Source: an uncultured Gammaproteobacteria bacterium
GTDB lineage: Bacteria; Patescibacteriota; Patescibacteriia; VMEV01; CAZAJQ01
Direction of reading: 5' to 3'
NCBI GenBank assembly: GCA_964485795.1
Contig: CAZAJQ010000003.1
Coordinates: 876 to 32,875, forward strand
Length of the DNA stretch: 32,000 nucleotides
Part shown: one piece after another, positions 13,718-24,200 of the stretch
How the letters are laid out: the number at the start of each line of letters is the position of its first letter
How positions within the stretch are numbered: the first letter of the stretch is position 1
Program-made: the position numbers and the translations under genes
The notes under the pieces: model-generated
Told to the model about the DNA's origin: nothing
The model's input: only the letters and a program-made list of their open reading frames with translations
The model's database searches: none

Positions 13718-15058
13718 TTAATTGTTTCTCAAATTTTTTACGTGAATCGTGATGGGAGTGCCCATAAAGCCGAATTTTTTGCGCAGCTGTTTTTCGACGA
13801 AGCGCACGTATGCGTCGGCGAGGGATTGCTTGGTGCCGATAAGAAGTTCAAAAACCGGAGGATCGCTTTTCATCTGTTGAAATCCGTGAATAAAAGGGAA
13901 GTGGGTGCCCATTTTTTTGGTCGGCTTCTTGAGATTGATGACTTCTTTGATGAAGGCGTGCAAGGTTTCCGAATCAATCGTTTTGCGACGCTCCGCGTTG
14001 ATTTTCAAAGCCATTTCGAGAATGTTCCGAGTTTTCATTCCGGTTTTTGCGCTGATAAAAAGCGATGGCGCCCAGAGCGCAAACGGAAAGTGGGCGACGA
14101 GATGACGCTCCACCTCCTTATGGTCGATGCCCATGGTTTTCGCTTTGTCCCATTTGTTGACGAGGATGATGAGCGACGTTTTGGATTCGATGATTTTTCC
14201 GACAATGTGTTTTTCCACGGATGCGAAACTCTCGGTGCCGTCGAGCATGAGCAAGGTGATATCGGCGTTTCGCAAGGATGCAAAGCTCCTTTCGTAGATT
14301 CTTTTTTGAAATGCGGTTCGCACGGAGCTTCTCTGTATGATGCCCGCCGTGTCGATGAGCAATAAAAGGTGGTCTTGATACGAAAGAAGCGAATCAAACG
14401 GTTCTCTCGTGGTATGCGGTATGTCGCTTGTGATCACCACGTCTTTGCCCATAAGTTTATTGAGCAAGGATGATTTCCCTACATTGGGTTTTCCGACGAT
14501 GGCTATTTTGGTGAGATTTTCAGGCTGTTCCCGCAGTATTTTTTGATATTTTTTGGTGCGTGCGATCGTTTCGCATACGACGTCAAGCATATCGCCGGTT
14601 CCCGTGCCGTTGATGGCCGATACCGGATACACTTCTTTGACACCCAAAGTCAAAAATTTTTGCGCGTCTCTTTTTTGGCCGAGATTGTCCGATTTATTGA
14701 CGGCCACCAAAAACGGTTTTTGTTTGCGGTGGAGCAGCTTCAGAATATGCCGATCGTCGGGAAGAGGATCGATATTTCCGTCAACGACCATGATGATCAT
14801 ATCGGCATCTTTGATGGCGGCCAATGCTTGTTTTTCCACCTTGATTTCGATTTCATCGAGCGGAGCTTTGCTTTTCAAGCCTCCGGTATCGATGATTTCA
14901 AAAGACATGCCCCGCCAATGACAAAAATCAACATTGCGGTTGCGTGTTGTCCCTGCGTCGGAAGAAACCATGGCTTTTTTCGTTTCCGTCAGAGTGTTAA
15001 AAAGCGAAGATTTTCCGACATTGGGTCGTCCGATGAGAGCGATTTTGGGGAATGGCAT
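13718..15058 (-). CDS. der: Ribosome-biogenesis GTPase Der/EngA (tandem GTPase domains + KH-like domain)
   Basis: There are two G1 motifs (GRPNVGKSSLFN, GKPNVGKSSLLN), each followed by DTGG/DTAG and NKSD/NKWD. Start taken at ATG 15058 (MPFPKIALIG); the track start is 15103. Confidence 0.95.
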   Translation of the reverse strand: MPFPKIALIGRPNVGKSSLFNTLTETKKAMVSSDAGTTRNRNVDFCHWRGMSFEIIDTGGLKSKAPLDEIEIKVEKQALAAIKDADMIIMVVDGNIDPLPDDRHILKLLHRKQKPFLVAVNKSDNLGQKRDAQKFLTLGVKEVYPVSAINGTGTGDMLDVVCETIARTKKYQKILREQPENLTKIAIVGKPNVGKSSLLNKLMGKDVVITSDIPHTTREPFDSLLSYQDHLLLLIDTAGIIQRSSVRTAFQKRIYERSFASLRNADITLLMLDGTESFASVEKHIVGKIIESKTSLIILVNKWDKAKTMGIDHKEVERHLVAHFPFALWAPSLFISAKTGMKTRNILEMALKINAERRKTIDSETLHAFIKEVINLKKPTKKMGTHFPFIHGFQQMKSDPPVFELLIGTKQSLADAYVRFVEKQLRKKFGFMGTPITIHVKNLRNN

Positions 15059-15185
15059 ACGAAGCGAAATCAAGAGAAATGATTGAAAGCATCTCTCGGT
15101 CATGATTCATGACCCCAAAACATAGCGTAAAACAACGGAAATAGCAATTTCCCGTTTTGATTTGAGCGATTGCGAAAACGATCGT

Positions 15186-16682
15186 TCAGGATCCGTTGTC
15201 CGTCCCCAAAACAATGATGATATCCGCTCCGGAGTCGAGCAGCTCCTTTGGCACATCATCGCTTACGATGGCCTTGAAAGAGGCCTTGAGCGTCAGTACG
15301 GTGGCGGGATAATTGTTTGAAAAATCGTATATGATGGTCTGCGAATGACCGGAAGAAGGAGCGTTGCCGATTTTGAAAATATGATAGCCTTCCTGCTCGA
15401 GTCGCTGTTTATACGTCGCGGCCAAACCGGTTTTTTTTGTGCCGTTCAAAATGACGATGCGTCCGTTTTTGACGGTGATCGAGGTTTTCATCTCTCCCCG
15501 CTCGGCATCTTCTTTCGCCAAAGCTTTGGGAATGCCCAAGGAAGAAGAGTTTTGCTCGGCCGCGTATTCTTGAATTTCGGTATTGAAAATATGTTGGGCG
15601 ATTTTTCGTATGATGCTGTAATCTTGATTTTTTGGTTCGAGCACAAATGCTCCGTCGTATTGCGTTCCCACCAAGACTCCTTCATTTCCTTGTTCCAAAG
15701 TTTGCGAAGTGACTTTGAGATCATCAAAATTTTTGAGTGTTTGCGCGATTTTGAGCAATTCCCAAAATTCAAAATCGGTTTTTACCGACGACGAAAACGT
15801 TTGCAGCAGGGAGGTTATTTTTTTTGGATTGAAAAGCGTTCGCACGGAGAGGATTTTGTCCTTGAGCGCCATGAGCAGATTTTGCTGACGTTTGGTTCTC
15901 GCGATATCCGATCCTTCGACTCCGGACGCATGTCTGGAGCGTACGTATTTTAAAGCCAAATCTCCGTTCATTTCGTTCCATCCCTGATCGATGTGAAGAT
16001 GCTGGTAGCGCGATTCGGGCGGCTCGGCGTTTTCACGTCCGGGGATGGGATATTGATAATCGTCAAGCGTTTGTTCCACGGAGATGCTGACGCCTCCCAC
16101 ATCGTCAACGACTTTTTTAAAACCGTCAAAATCCACAGAAACATAATAATGAATCGGGATTTGCAAAATATCCGAAAGAACATTTTTTGCAAAAAGTCCG
16201 CCGTTGCCCTCATCTGCGTATTCTCCAAAAGCGTAAACATGATTGATCTTCCTCCACTGATAGCCCGGAATATTGACGACAAGGTCGCGCGGGAATGAGA
16301 GCAATGCAGCTTCCTTGGTCGATGGTTTGAAGCTCGCCAAAATGATGGTGTCCGTCAAGTACGTTCCGGCATGCCCTTCGCCGCCATAGCCCAAAAGCAA
16401 GACGTTGACGCGATCTTCTTCCTCTCCGGCGAGGAATTTTTCATCGCTTGAGGGCAAAAATGATGTCCCTGATCCGAGATATTCGGAAACCGATAAGATT
16501 CCATTCATCCATGAATTGCCCGATATACCGATTTCATAAGTAAAGGCAAGCGCTGCCACGGAAAAAACGACGAGCGTATACAGAGTGTATTTTGAAATCT
16601 TTCTCAAGAGTATTTTGGGTTTGTGTTCGGGGCTATGATGGTCGAGGAGATTCGGACTGCGAAAGAGCATAAAAAGAATCAA
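15186..16682 (-). CDS. LytR-CpsA-Psr (LCP) family cell-envelope phosphotransferase with a C-terminal LytR_C-like domain
   Basis: An N-terminal TM anchor is followed by an LCP core (VNVLLLGYGG...TDTIILASF...LLSFPRDLVVNIPG...KINHVYAFG...VSVDFDGFKKVVDDVGGV). The C-terminal segment (IVILNGTKKTGLAATYKQRLEQEGY) resembles LytR_C. Confidence 0.85.
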   Translation of the reverse strand: MILFMLFRSPNLLDHHSPEHKPKILLRKISKYTLYTLVVFSVAALAFTYEIGISGNSWMNGILSVSEYLGSGTSFLPSSDEKFLAGEEEDRVNVLLLGYGGEGHAGTYLTDTIILASFKPSTKEAALLSFPRDLVVNIPGYQWRKINHVYAFGEYADEGNGGLFAKNVLSDILQIPIHYYVSVDFDGFKKVVDDVGGVSISVEQTLDDYQYPIPGRENAEPPESRYQHLHIDQGWNEMNGDLALKYVRSRHASGVEGSDIARTKRQQNLLMALKDKILSVRTLFNPKKITSLLQTFSSSVKTDFEFWELLKIAQTLKNFDDLKVTSQTLEQGNEGVLVGTQYDGAFVLEPKNQDYSIIRKIAQHIFNTEIQEYAAEQNSSSLGIPKALAKEDAERGEMKTSITVKNGRIVILNGTKKTGLAATYKQRLEQEGYHIFKIGNAPSSGHSQTIIYDFSNNYPATVLTLKASFKAIVSDDVPKELLDSGADIIIVLGTDNGS

Positions 16683-16830
16683 AAAAACATCATTTTTGAG
16701 AGAAAATTAGTATTCTTACTATATCGAAAAAAAATCATGCGCACAACCGATGGGAAAAAAGCGAATATTGCACGAAGCGAAAGCCTCATGATATATTTTG
16801 ATTACTTTTGAAAATTTTCCCACAATCATT

Positions 16831-17388
16831 ATGAATGAAAATAAAATCGGCGCATGGGTCGAGTTTTTTTCGGAATTTTTTAAAGTGGTGATTCTGTCGC
16901 TTGCCATCATCCTGCCGGTGAGATACTTTTTGATTCAGCCTTTTTATGTGAAGGGCGCTTCCATGGAGCCCAATTTTTTTGATCATGAATACCTTGTCAT
17001 CGATGAGATCAGCTATCGTTTTCGGGAAGCTCAGAGAGGGGACACCATCGTTTTTCGGTATCCTCGGGATCCTCATCAATTTTTCATCAAGCGCATCATC
17101 GGACTTCCGGGCGAGAAAGTGGACATTCGCGGCGGAAACGTCTATATTGACGAGGTTCTTTTGGACGAATCCGAATATTTGCCCAAAGGCACGGTAACGC
17201 ATATTGACGCGAGCGTATCGCTTTCGGATGATGAGTTCTTCGTTTTGGGAGACAATCGCGATTTTAGCCTCGATTCACGTCGTTTCGGACCCGTGAAAAA
17301 GGATCTTACGGTGGGGAAAACATGGATTCGCGGTTGGCCGTTCGGGCGTATTTCCGTGATATCAACCCCCGACTATGTGGCGGAATAA
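16831..17388 (+). CDS. lepB: Signal peptidase I
   Basis: S26 motifs are present: GASMEPNF (catalytic Ser), FIKRIIGLPGE (catalytic Lys region) and VLGDNRDFSLDSR. Start at ATG 16831; the track's TTG at 16798 adds 11 aa. Confidence 0.9.
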   Translation: MNENKIGAWVEFFSEFFKVVILSLAIILPVRYFLIQPFYVKGASMEPNFFDHEYLVIDEISYRFREAQRGDTIVFRYPRDPHQFFIKRIIGLPGEKVDIRGGNVYIDEVLLDESEYLPKGTVTHIDASVSLSDDEFFVLGDNRDFSLDSRRFGPVKKDLTVGKTWIRGWPFGRISVISTPDYVAE

Positions 17389-17469
17389 CCCGTGTATCGG
17401 TTTTTTTTCAAGGTTCAAACATTTTTGAAATGATATACATTTTATAACCCATCACATGGATTCACTTTT

Positions 17470-18774
17470 ATGACAGAATCTGCAACCAAGAAGATTCCCG
17501 AACCCAAGCTCGTCAAGGGCATGAAAGACATTGTGCCTGCCGATCGAGCCTATTGGGACGCAATGGTCTCGCAAGCGGAGCGATTGTCAGCTGATTTTGG
17601 TTTTGAACGCATTGATGTTCCGGTTCTCGAAGAGACATCGCTTTTTGTGCGCGGCATAGGGAAGCAAACTGAAGTGGTGGAAAAACAAATGTTCAGCTTC
17701 AAAGACTTGGGAAGCGCCAGTCTCAGTTTGCGTCCGGAGTTTACGGCCGGTATCGCCCGCGCCTATATCGAGCATGGCATGCTCAATATCCCCCAGCCCG
17801 TGAAGCTCTATACATGGGGTCCGCTTTTTCGTCGAGAAAAGCCGCAGGCCGGACGTTATCGCCAGTTTCATCAGTTTGACGTCGAAGTCTTGGGTGATGC
17901 GCAGCCCGTGGTGGATGCCGAAGTGATTCTTTTGGGATATCAATTTCTGCTGTCCTTGGGCATTGCTCCGATCGTGCATATCAACAGTATTGGATCCAAG
18001 GCCTGTCGAATGAAGTATAAGCAACTTCTCATCGACTATTATCGTCCCAAGAGGAAGCATCTTCCCGAAGAGTATAAAAAGACATTCACGAAAAATCCTT
18101 TGCGACTTCTTGACGCCAATGATGAAAAATTACGCGAGCTTCGTGTCGGAGCTCCGCAAATTGTGGATCACCTGGATGATGAAAGCAAACAACATCTCAT
18201 GAAAGTTTTGGAATTTCTCGATGAACTCGATATCCCCTACATGTTGGATCCGTATATCGTCCGAGGATTGGACTATTACAATCGCACGACATTCGAGTTT
18301 TTTGTGAAGGATGAGAGTCATGAAAAGGCGCAATCGGCTTTGGGTGGCGGCGGACGTTATGACGGCCTCTTGGAAACTTTGGGAGGGAGGCCGACTCCGG
18401 CGGTCGGTTTTGCCATCGGCATGGAACGAGTCATGCTGAAATTGCGAGAAATGAAAACGAGTTTGTCGGCTCCAAAGCATCCGCGGGTCTTTTTGGCGCA
18501 GCTGGGAGAGCAGTCAAAGAAAAAGGCCATAGCTCTGTTTCAGAAACTCCTCGTGGCCGGCATACCGGTGATGACCTGCTTTACCAAGGATAATCTCAAA
18601 ACGCAGCTGGAAATAGCCAATAAAAAAACGGTGGCGTATACGCTGATTCTCGGTCAAAAGGAGCTTATGGATGGCACCATCTTGGTGCGAGACATGGAGG
18701 GCGGCGTTCAAGAAACCGTCAATATGGAAAAAATCGTCCCGGAAATGAAAAAACGATTGAAAATAGATATCTGA
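17470..18774 (+). CDS. hisS: Histidyl-tRNA synthetase
   Basis: Motifs GMKDIVP, LRPEFTAGIARAY, FRREKPQAGRYRQFHQFDVEVLG, GGGGRYDGL and AVGFAIGMERV are present, followed by an anticodon-binding C-terminus. Confidence 0.95.
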   Translation: MTESATKKIPEPKLVKGMKDIVPADRAYWDAMVSQAERLSADFGFERIDVPVLEETSLFVRGIGKQTEVVEKQMFSFKDLGSASLSLRPEFTAGIARAYIEHGMLNIPQPVKLYTWGPLFRREKPQAGRYRQFHQFDVEVLGDAQPVVDAEVILLGYQFLLSLGIAPIVHINSIGSKACRMKYKQLLIDYYRPKRKHLPEEYKKTFTKNPLRLLDANDEKLRELRVGAPQIVDHLDDESKQHLMKVLEFLDELDIPYMLDPYIVRGLDYYNRTTFEFFVKDESHEKAQSALGGGGRYDGLLETLGGRPTPAVGFAIGMERVMLKLREMKTSLSAPKHPRVFLAQLGEQSKKKAIALFQKLLVAGIPVMTCFTKDNLKTQLEIANKKTVAYTLILGQKELMDGTILVRDMEGGVQETVNMEKIVPEMKKRLKIDI

Positions 18775-18784
18775 AATGCGTTTT

Positions 18785-18813
18785 TTGACAGTACGCAGCG
18801 GAAAATATATAGT
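18785..18813 (+). promoter_or_regulatory. Sigma70-like promoter TTGACA-17 nt-TATAGT upstream of rpsU
   Basis: Consensus -35 TTGACA lies at 18785-18790 and TATAGT at 18808-18813, with an exact 17-nt spacer. It is ~75 nt upstream of the rpsU start and is followed by a strong SD (GAGGAGG, 18873-18879). Confidence 0.5.
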
Positions 18814-18887
18814 AAATAATACGAAAATCAAAAGACAATTCAACGTATTTCTCATATTAACCATTAATTTTTGAGGAGGTGATATCT

Positions 18888-19118
18888 GTGAATCCTGTCC
18901 ATCGCAAGAAAAATGAATCTTTTGAAAGTTTTTTGAGAAGATTCAATAAAATTATCCTTGAAAGCGGAAGACTTATACAAGCTCGGAGAAACCGTTTCTT
19001 AAAGCAAAGGGTCAATAAGAACAAAGGCAAGAAGCTCGCTTTAAGACGCAAGCAAATATCCGAAAAAATGACGTATCTCGAAAAAGTCGGCAGAATGCCG
19101 GAAGATTTTTTTCGATGA
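18888..19118 (+). CDS. rpsU: 30S ribosomal protein S21
   Basis: Small basic protein with the S21-like core ESFESFLRRFNKIILESGRLIQARRNRFLKQ...RKQ. I prefer the GTG at 18888, 8 nt after the GAGGAGG SD, over the track's GTG at 18879, which overlaps the SD. Confidence 0.8.
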   Translation: MNPVHRKKNESFESFLRRFNKIILESGRLIQARRNRFLKQRVNKNKGKKLALRRKQISEKMTYLEKVGRMPEDFFR

Positions 19119-19187
19119 TTCGGCGTCGATGCAAAAGCATCGCACCATGGTTTTTATCACATTTGCGCAGAAAACAAATATCAACCT

Positions 19188-20852
19188 ATGAGACAAAGCA
19201 ATAAACTTCTGTTGATAGGTTGCCTGACGATCATGGCATCCATGATCGCGTTTTCTACGCCTTTCGAAGCATTCGGCCAAGGACTCGACACCGGTATCGC
19301 CCCGCTTTCGCAAACCGGTCTGGGAACCCAAGACATACGACTTACCGTTGCACGCGTGATTCGTATTCTTTTGGGTTTTCTTGGCGTTTTGGCGCTTGGC
19401 ATCGTGCTTTATGGAGGATTTACTTACATGACCGCTGCCGGCAATGCTGAAAAAGTGGAGAAAGCATTGAAAATTCTTCGCAACGCATCCGTCGGACTTC
19501 TCATCATTCTTTCTTCTTACGGCATTGTTTCCTTTGTAATCAATCGTCTCGAAGGCGGAGGCCGCGGTACAGCGGGTATCCCGATTTCCAGCGGTCCGGG
19601 CGGCGGAGGATTCGGAGGAGCATTGGGATCGTTTATCGTGGAGTCGCATTATCCCGTACGCAATGCCGTGAATATTCCGCGGAACACCAAAATCATGGTG
19701 ACGTTTCGTCATCCTATGCTGGTTGATTCGATCATCGATCAGAAAAACACTCCGGACACCATTGACGATACGTTGCGTCCCGAAGCTTTTCGTTTGCGAA
19801 AAACTTCGGATTCGAGCGCCAATGGACCGTTTATCGCCAATATGCGCGCGGCGGTAACCGATGATCTCAAAACGTTTGTTTTCACTCCCATGGATCTTTT
19901 GGGCAATGCAACGGCTCCGACAAATTATACGGCTGAATTGACCGGCAGTATCAAGCGAGCCAATGGCGACAGCGCTTTTGGCGGACTCGGGGGATACAGC
20001 TGGAGCTTTGAAGTGAGCACTTTTGTGGATAATACGCCGCCAAGAGTGGAAAGCGTGATTCCGGTCGCCTCCCAGAGCTATCCTCGGAACACGTTGATAC
20101 AGATCAATTTTTCCGAAAGCATGGATCCGACTACCGTATCCGGGAAAAATTCGCCCGGAGCTTTTCGATTTGATAAAATAACCGTGAAGCAAGGTGTCGG
20201 CGATGTGATCGGTACGTTTACGATCAGCAATCAATATAGGACCGTCGAATTCTTATCCTCGGACAAATGCGGGAAGAACAGCTGTGATGAGGATGTTTTT
20301 TGCTTGCCGGAAAACGCAACCATAGACGCTACCGTCAAAGCAGCATCTTTGACAAACGCCCCGGCTGCGAATTTTCCGTATGACGGAGCGGTGGATGCGG
20401 CCGGCAATTCCCTTGACGGCAATGCCAATCAAATCGCCGAAGGTCAGCCGCAAGACAATTATGCATGGTCGTTTCAGACGACGGGCGAAATAGACCTTGT
20501 CCCGCCTCGCATCCTGTCCACGTCTCCCGCAAGCGGTACCGGAGACGTATTGAGCGGACAAACCCTGTCGGCCACCTTTTCCAAGCTTTTATCGGCCACA
20601 TCGGTGAATACCCAAAGCGTGGCGCTCGACGGCGTGATATACTGGACGACGGTGAACAATGAAATCGCTCAGAATTCTTCGACGATTTTCATTGACCATG
20701 ATCCTTTTGCTCCCAATACCCCGTATTATCCGCAAATCACGTCACTCGTTCGCGACATTTACCAAAATTGCTACTTGCCCTGCGAAGGGCCGGGATGCAA
20801 GGCGGGGGAGAAGTGGAACGGGAAATTCCCCTCGTGCGGATATACTCCCTGA
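19188..20852 (+). CDS. Surface protein with an N-terminal VirB2/TrbC-like pilin hairpin module, a Gly-rich linker and ~3 SbsA/Big_5-like Ig domains
   Basis: A signal peptide is followed by two hydrophobic helices around a short charged loop (VIRILLGFLGVLALGIVLYGGFTYMTAAGNAEKVEKALKILRNASVGLLIILSSYGIVSFVINRL). The linker is GGGRGTAGIPISSGPGGGGFGG. Three segments begin like Big_5 domains (YPVRNAVNIPRNTKIMVTF; PPRVESVIPVASQSYPRNTLIQINFSESMDPTTV; PPRILSTSPASGTGDVLSGQTLSATFS). Confidence 0.8.
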   Translation: MRQSNKLLLIGCLTIMASMIAFSTPFEAFGQGLDTGIAPLSQTGLGTQDIRLTVARVIRILLGFLGVLALGIVLYGGFTYMTAAGNAEKVEKALKILRNASVGLLIILSSYGIVSFVINRLEGGGRGTAGIPISSGPGGGGFGGALGSFIVESHYPVRNAVNIPRNTKIMVTFRHPMLVDSIIDQKNTPDTIDDTLRPEAFRLRKTSDSSANGPFIANMRAAVTDDLKTFVFTPMDLLGNATAPTNYTAELTGSIKRANGDSAFGGLGGYSWSFEVSTFVDNTPPRVESVIPVASQSYPRNTLIQINFSESMDPTTVSGKNSPGAFRFDKITVKQGVGDVIGTFTISNQYRTVEFLSSDKCGKNSCDEDVFCLPENATIDATVKAASLTNAPAANFPYDGAVDAAGNSLDGNANQIAEGQPQDNYAWSFQTTGEIDLVPPRILSTSPASGTGDVLSGQTLSATFSKLLSATSVNTQSVALDGVIYWTTVNNEIAQNSSTIFIDHDPFAPNTPYYPQITSLVRDIYQNCYLPCEGPGCKAGEKWNGKFPSCGYTP

Positions 20853-20880
20853 TGATTTCATGTCAAAAAATTCATGATGC

Positions 20881-21246
20881 ATGGTTATGGTGAAACTTTT
20901 TTTCGCAAGTGTCATTGTTTTTTTGATACTTCCCTTGGGGATATGGGCGCAGCGCGTATCGGATACCAAGGTGATAGAAGGTCAAAATGTCTCTCTGTTT
21001 ACGACGCAGGAAAGTTTTTTGGCCGCCAATGAAGGAACCGTATTTCTCGTCATTCGCCTTTTGAGATTTTTCGCTGGGGTGCTTTTGGTTTTGAGCTTCT
21101 ACAGTTTCCTGAAATATTGTTATCATTGGATGGTGGCAAGCGGAGCCGTGGAAGCCGTGTATGAAGTGTATGACGGATGGGTGTATTCGCTCGTGATTCT
21201 CATCATTTCGATAGCGATATTTGTGGTGACCGGATTTTTTCTTTAA
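20881..21246 (+). CDS. Stand-alone small VirB2/TrbC-like pilin-type membrane protein (121 aa)
   Basis: A signal peptide (LFFASVIVFLILPLGIWAQ) is followed by two long hydrophobic helices separated by a short loop (FLVIRLLRFFAGVLLVLSFYSFL...VASGAVEAVYEVYDGW...VYSLVILIISIAIFVVTGFFL). It is tightly packed between the two fusion genes, with gaps of 28 and 9 nt. Confidence 0.65.
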   Translation: MVMVKLFFASVIVFLILPLGIWAQRVSDTKVIEGQNVSLFTTQESFLAANEGTVFLVIRLLRFFAGVLLVLSFYSFLKYCYHWMVASGAVEAVYEVYDGWVYSLVILIISIAIFVVTGFFL

Positions 21247-21255
21247 GGGATTCGC

Positions 21256-24200
21256 ATGTCCAAAAAAAACACATATACCATTTTTCTGACATTGGCATTG
21301 GCTTTTTTTGCGGGCGCTTTTGCTTTTTCCGCAGGCGCGCAGACGGATTTCACGGGACTTTCGACGCTCGGGCAAAGCGGGCTTTCGGCGCAGGATCCGA
21401 GGGTGACGATCGCCAATATCATACGCATCGCATTGGGTTTTTTGGGTATCATCGCCGTGGTTATCATCCTCTACGCGGGTTTTTTGTATTTGACTTCCGG
21501 AGGCAGTGAAGAAAAGGTGAGTACGGCAAAAAATTTATTGCGCAACGGCATTATCGGATTGGTGATCGTGCTTTCGGCGTTTGGAATCGCTTCATTTGTT
21601 ATTTCCAGACTTTCATCGGCCACGAATACACCGGGAGCCGCTTCGCTCCTGCCTTCGGGAACGGGTGGCGGCGGGGGAGGCGTCGGAGGAGGTGCGGTTC
21701 TTTCGGGCGGGCAATTTGCGGTTGCGGGAGTGAGTCCCGTCGGACAAACTTCGATACGCAATCTCACGGTGAAGGTGACGTTTAGCCGACCCGTTGATAC
21801 CGCGTCCTTGCGAGACAATATCGTGATATCCAAAACATCGGATGGAAGCGCAGTTTCCGGGAATTTTGTCTATGGCCAAACCAAGGTTGAGTTTATTCCC
21901 GGCTCGTTTTGTCCCACACCTGATGAAACGAAGCGTTGTTTTGACGCAAATACCGAGTATGGCGTTGAAGTGAAAAGCGGCTCATCGGGCGTGAAGAGCG
22001 CTACCGGCGATCTTCTTTCCTGCGGACTGGCCGGGGGTTTGTGCAAAACTTTTTTTATCAGCGGCGACGAGATCGATCGAAGCGGCCCAAGCGTGTCGTT
22101 TGTTGCGCCGCAGAACGGCTCATCGGTGGCCGTCAATGATATGGTGCTTTTGCAAGCGCATGCCCGCGATGAAGGCGGTGTCTCTCATGTGGAGTTTTAT
22201 CTTGATGCGGCAGCCGATGAAAGCACGCTTTTGGGTTCCTCGTCTCCTCTCTATTCGACGAGTCCTTCGGAATTTTTGGCATCCATTTCTTGGGATACCA
22301 ATAATATTGCCGCCGGAAAAAATCATACCTTGATTGCCAAAGCCTATGATCTTGATTCCAATGCCTCTCAAACGTCCATTGAAGTGAATTTCAGAGCGGC
22401 GCATTGTTTTGACGGGCAAAAAAACACCGACGAAACCGATATTGATTGCGGCGGCGTCGAATGCGGAAAATGCAATGGCGCGTCGTGCGTGCAGGACAAG
22501 GAATGCAAGAGCAATGCCTGCATCAACGGATTTTGCAGCCGCTTGCCGGTCATCACAAACGTGAACCCCTACAACGGAGCGCCAAACAATCTCATCACCA
22601 TCGATGGAACCAATTTTTCCGAACAAGTGGGACAGGTGACGTTTCTTGGCGAGGTTTCGGATACTTCCGATGATGTGCTCGGTTTGGCTCCCTTGTGCGG
22701 AAACGTGTGGAGCGATTCGGAAATCGTCATCAAGGTACCTTCGCAGGCGCGGTCGGGTCCGATTCAGGTGCGCACGCAATCGGGTTTGCTGGATCATACG
22801 GACAATGATATCGGCATACGGGTGAGTTTTGATATCAACAGTGAAATTCGTCCGGGATTATGTCGTCTGACTCCCGACAGTGGGGAAGTCGGCGGCCTTA
22901 TCATGGTTGCCGGAGAAAATCTTGGAAACCAAGCGCAATCGCTTCTGATCGGGAGCATGAAGGCCTCCGGCATAGGAACATGGACGGAAAATGCGATCAC
23001 GGATGCCGTGATTCCTTCGATATCGGCCGGGAAAGCGCCCGTATTCGTGGAAGTGAACGGGCGGGTTTCAAACAGCGTTTCGCTCGATGTTTCCGAATCG
23101 CGTACGGTTCCAAAGCTGGAGTTTTCCGATCCGATTTTTGGTCCCGTTTCTCAAATGATCACGTTGTACGGGAAAAATTTCGGGCTCACCGCCGGTCAGG
23201 TGCGATTCATCGCGCCGGATGGAAGCGAGCTGATCGCCGACACGTCTTTTCCTCTCCTTTGCGAGAAAAATTTTTGGCATGATGATCTTATCACCGTCAA
23301 AGTTCCGAACACCGAGATCGGAAAATACAAGATCGTCGTGGTCAATGGCCAAAACAAAATCAGCAATTCCATTGATTTTACCGTCAATAATGCCGCAAAA
23401 ACTCCGGGTATCTGCGCGCTTCTGCCGGACAACGGACCGGCCGGCATTGCCGTCACAATCGCCGGTGAAGGATTTGGCGATATTGCAAACCTCGTGCGGT
23501 TTTTCCCAAACTTGGAAAATGGCACCATCACGCAATGGACCGATACGGAGATAAACGTGCAAACGCCTCCGAATGTGGGAAGCGGACCCGTGAAAGTGAT
23601 TTCAAAAAACGGCACCTTGAGCAATGGCGTTACCTTCAAAGTCGGGAAATGTTCCACGGCAAGCTGTCAGGAAGGATATCAATGCTGCGGAAGCGGAGCT
23701 TGTCAGATTGCGGGAAGCTGCGCCATCACCGAGGCGGCCTGTCGCTACACATGGGGTGTGAGTACGGGAAATCTTTCGCTCTTGGATGAGTCAAAATTCT
23801 TGCGGGTGCTTGAAGATGCCTCCTGTACCGTAGTTCCGCAAAGTCCTTCGCCATATAAGGATTCCGAAAACGCTTGCATCAATGCGGATATCGTTGTAAG
23901 GATGAACAAAAATCTTTTGGATCAATCTTTGGATTCCGGCAATGTGAGATTGCAAAAATGCGGTGCAGCGGCGATTTTTGACGCGTCGGATTGCGATGAG
24001 ACGCCTCTCGTATGCGCCATGGAAATCATCAATCACGATACTTCCGAAGAAGGATTTCGCTTGCGCGCAATCGCGCCCTTGGAAGCGAATACTTGGTATC
24101 AGGTGGTTTTGAAAAAATCGTCCGTCATCAATGGCGTGAATCAATTGGACGGTTTTGTGTCCGATGAAGGATACAGCTTCAAAAATGACTATGTTTGGCA

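Noticed and set aside
20024-20032. A perfect DnaA-box 9-mer (TGTGGATAA). Together with the presence of parAB, it raised the question of whether oriC lies in this window.
   Set aside because: This is a single box inside a coding region. I saw no cluster of boxes in any intergenic region, no dnaA/dnaN, and no AT-rich unwinding element next to boxes. There is not enough evidence for an origin.
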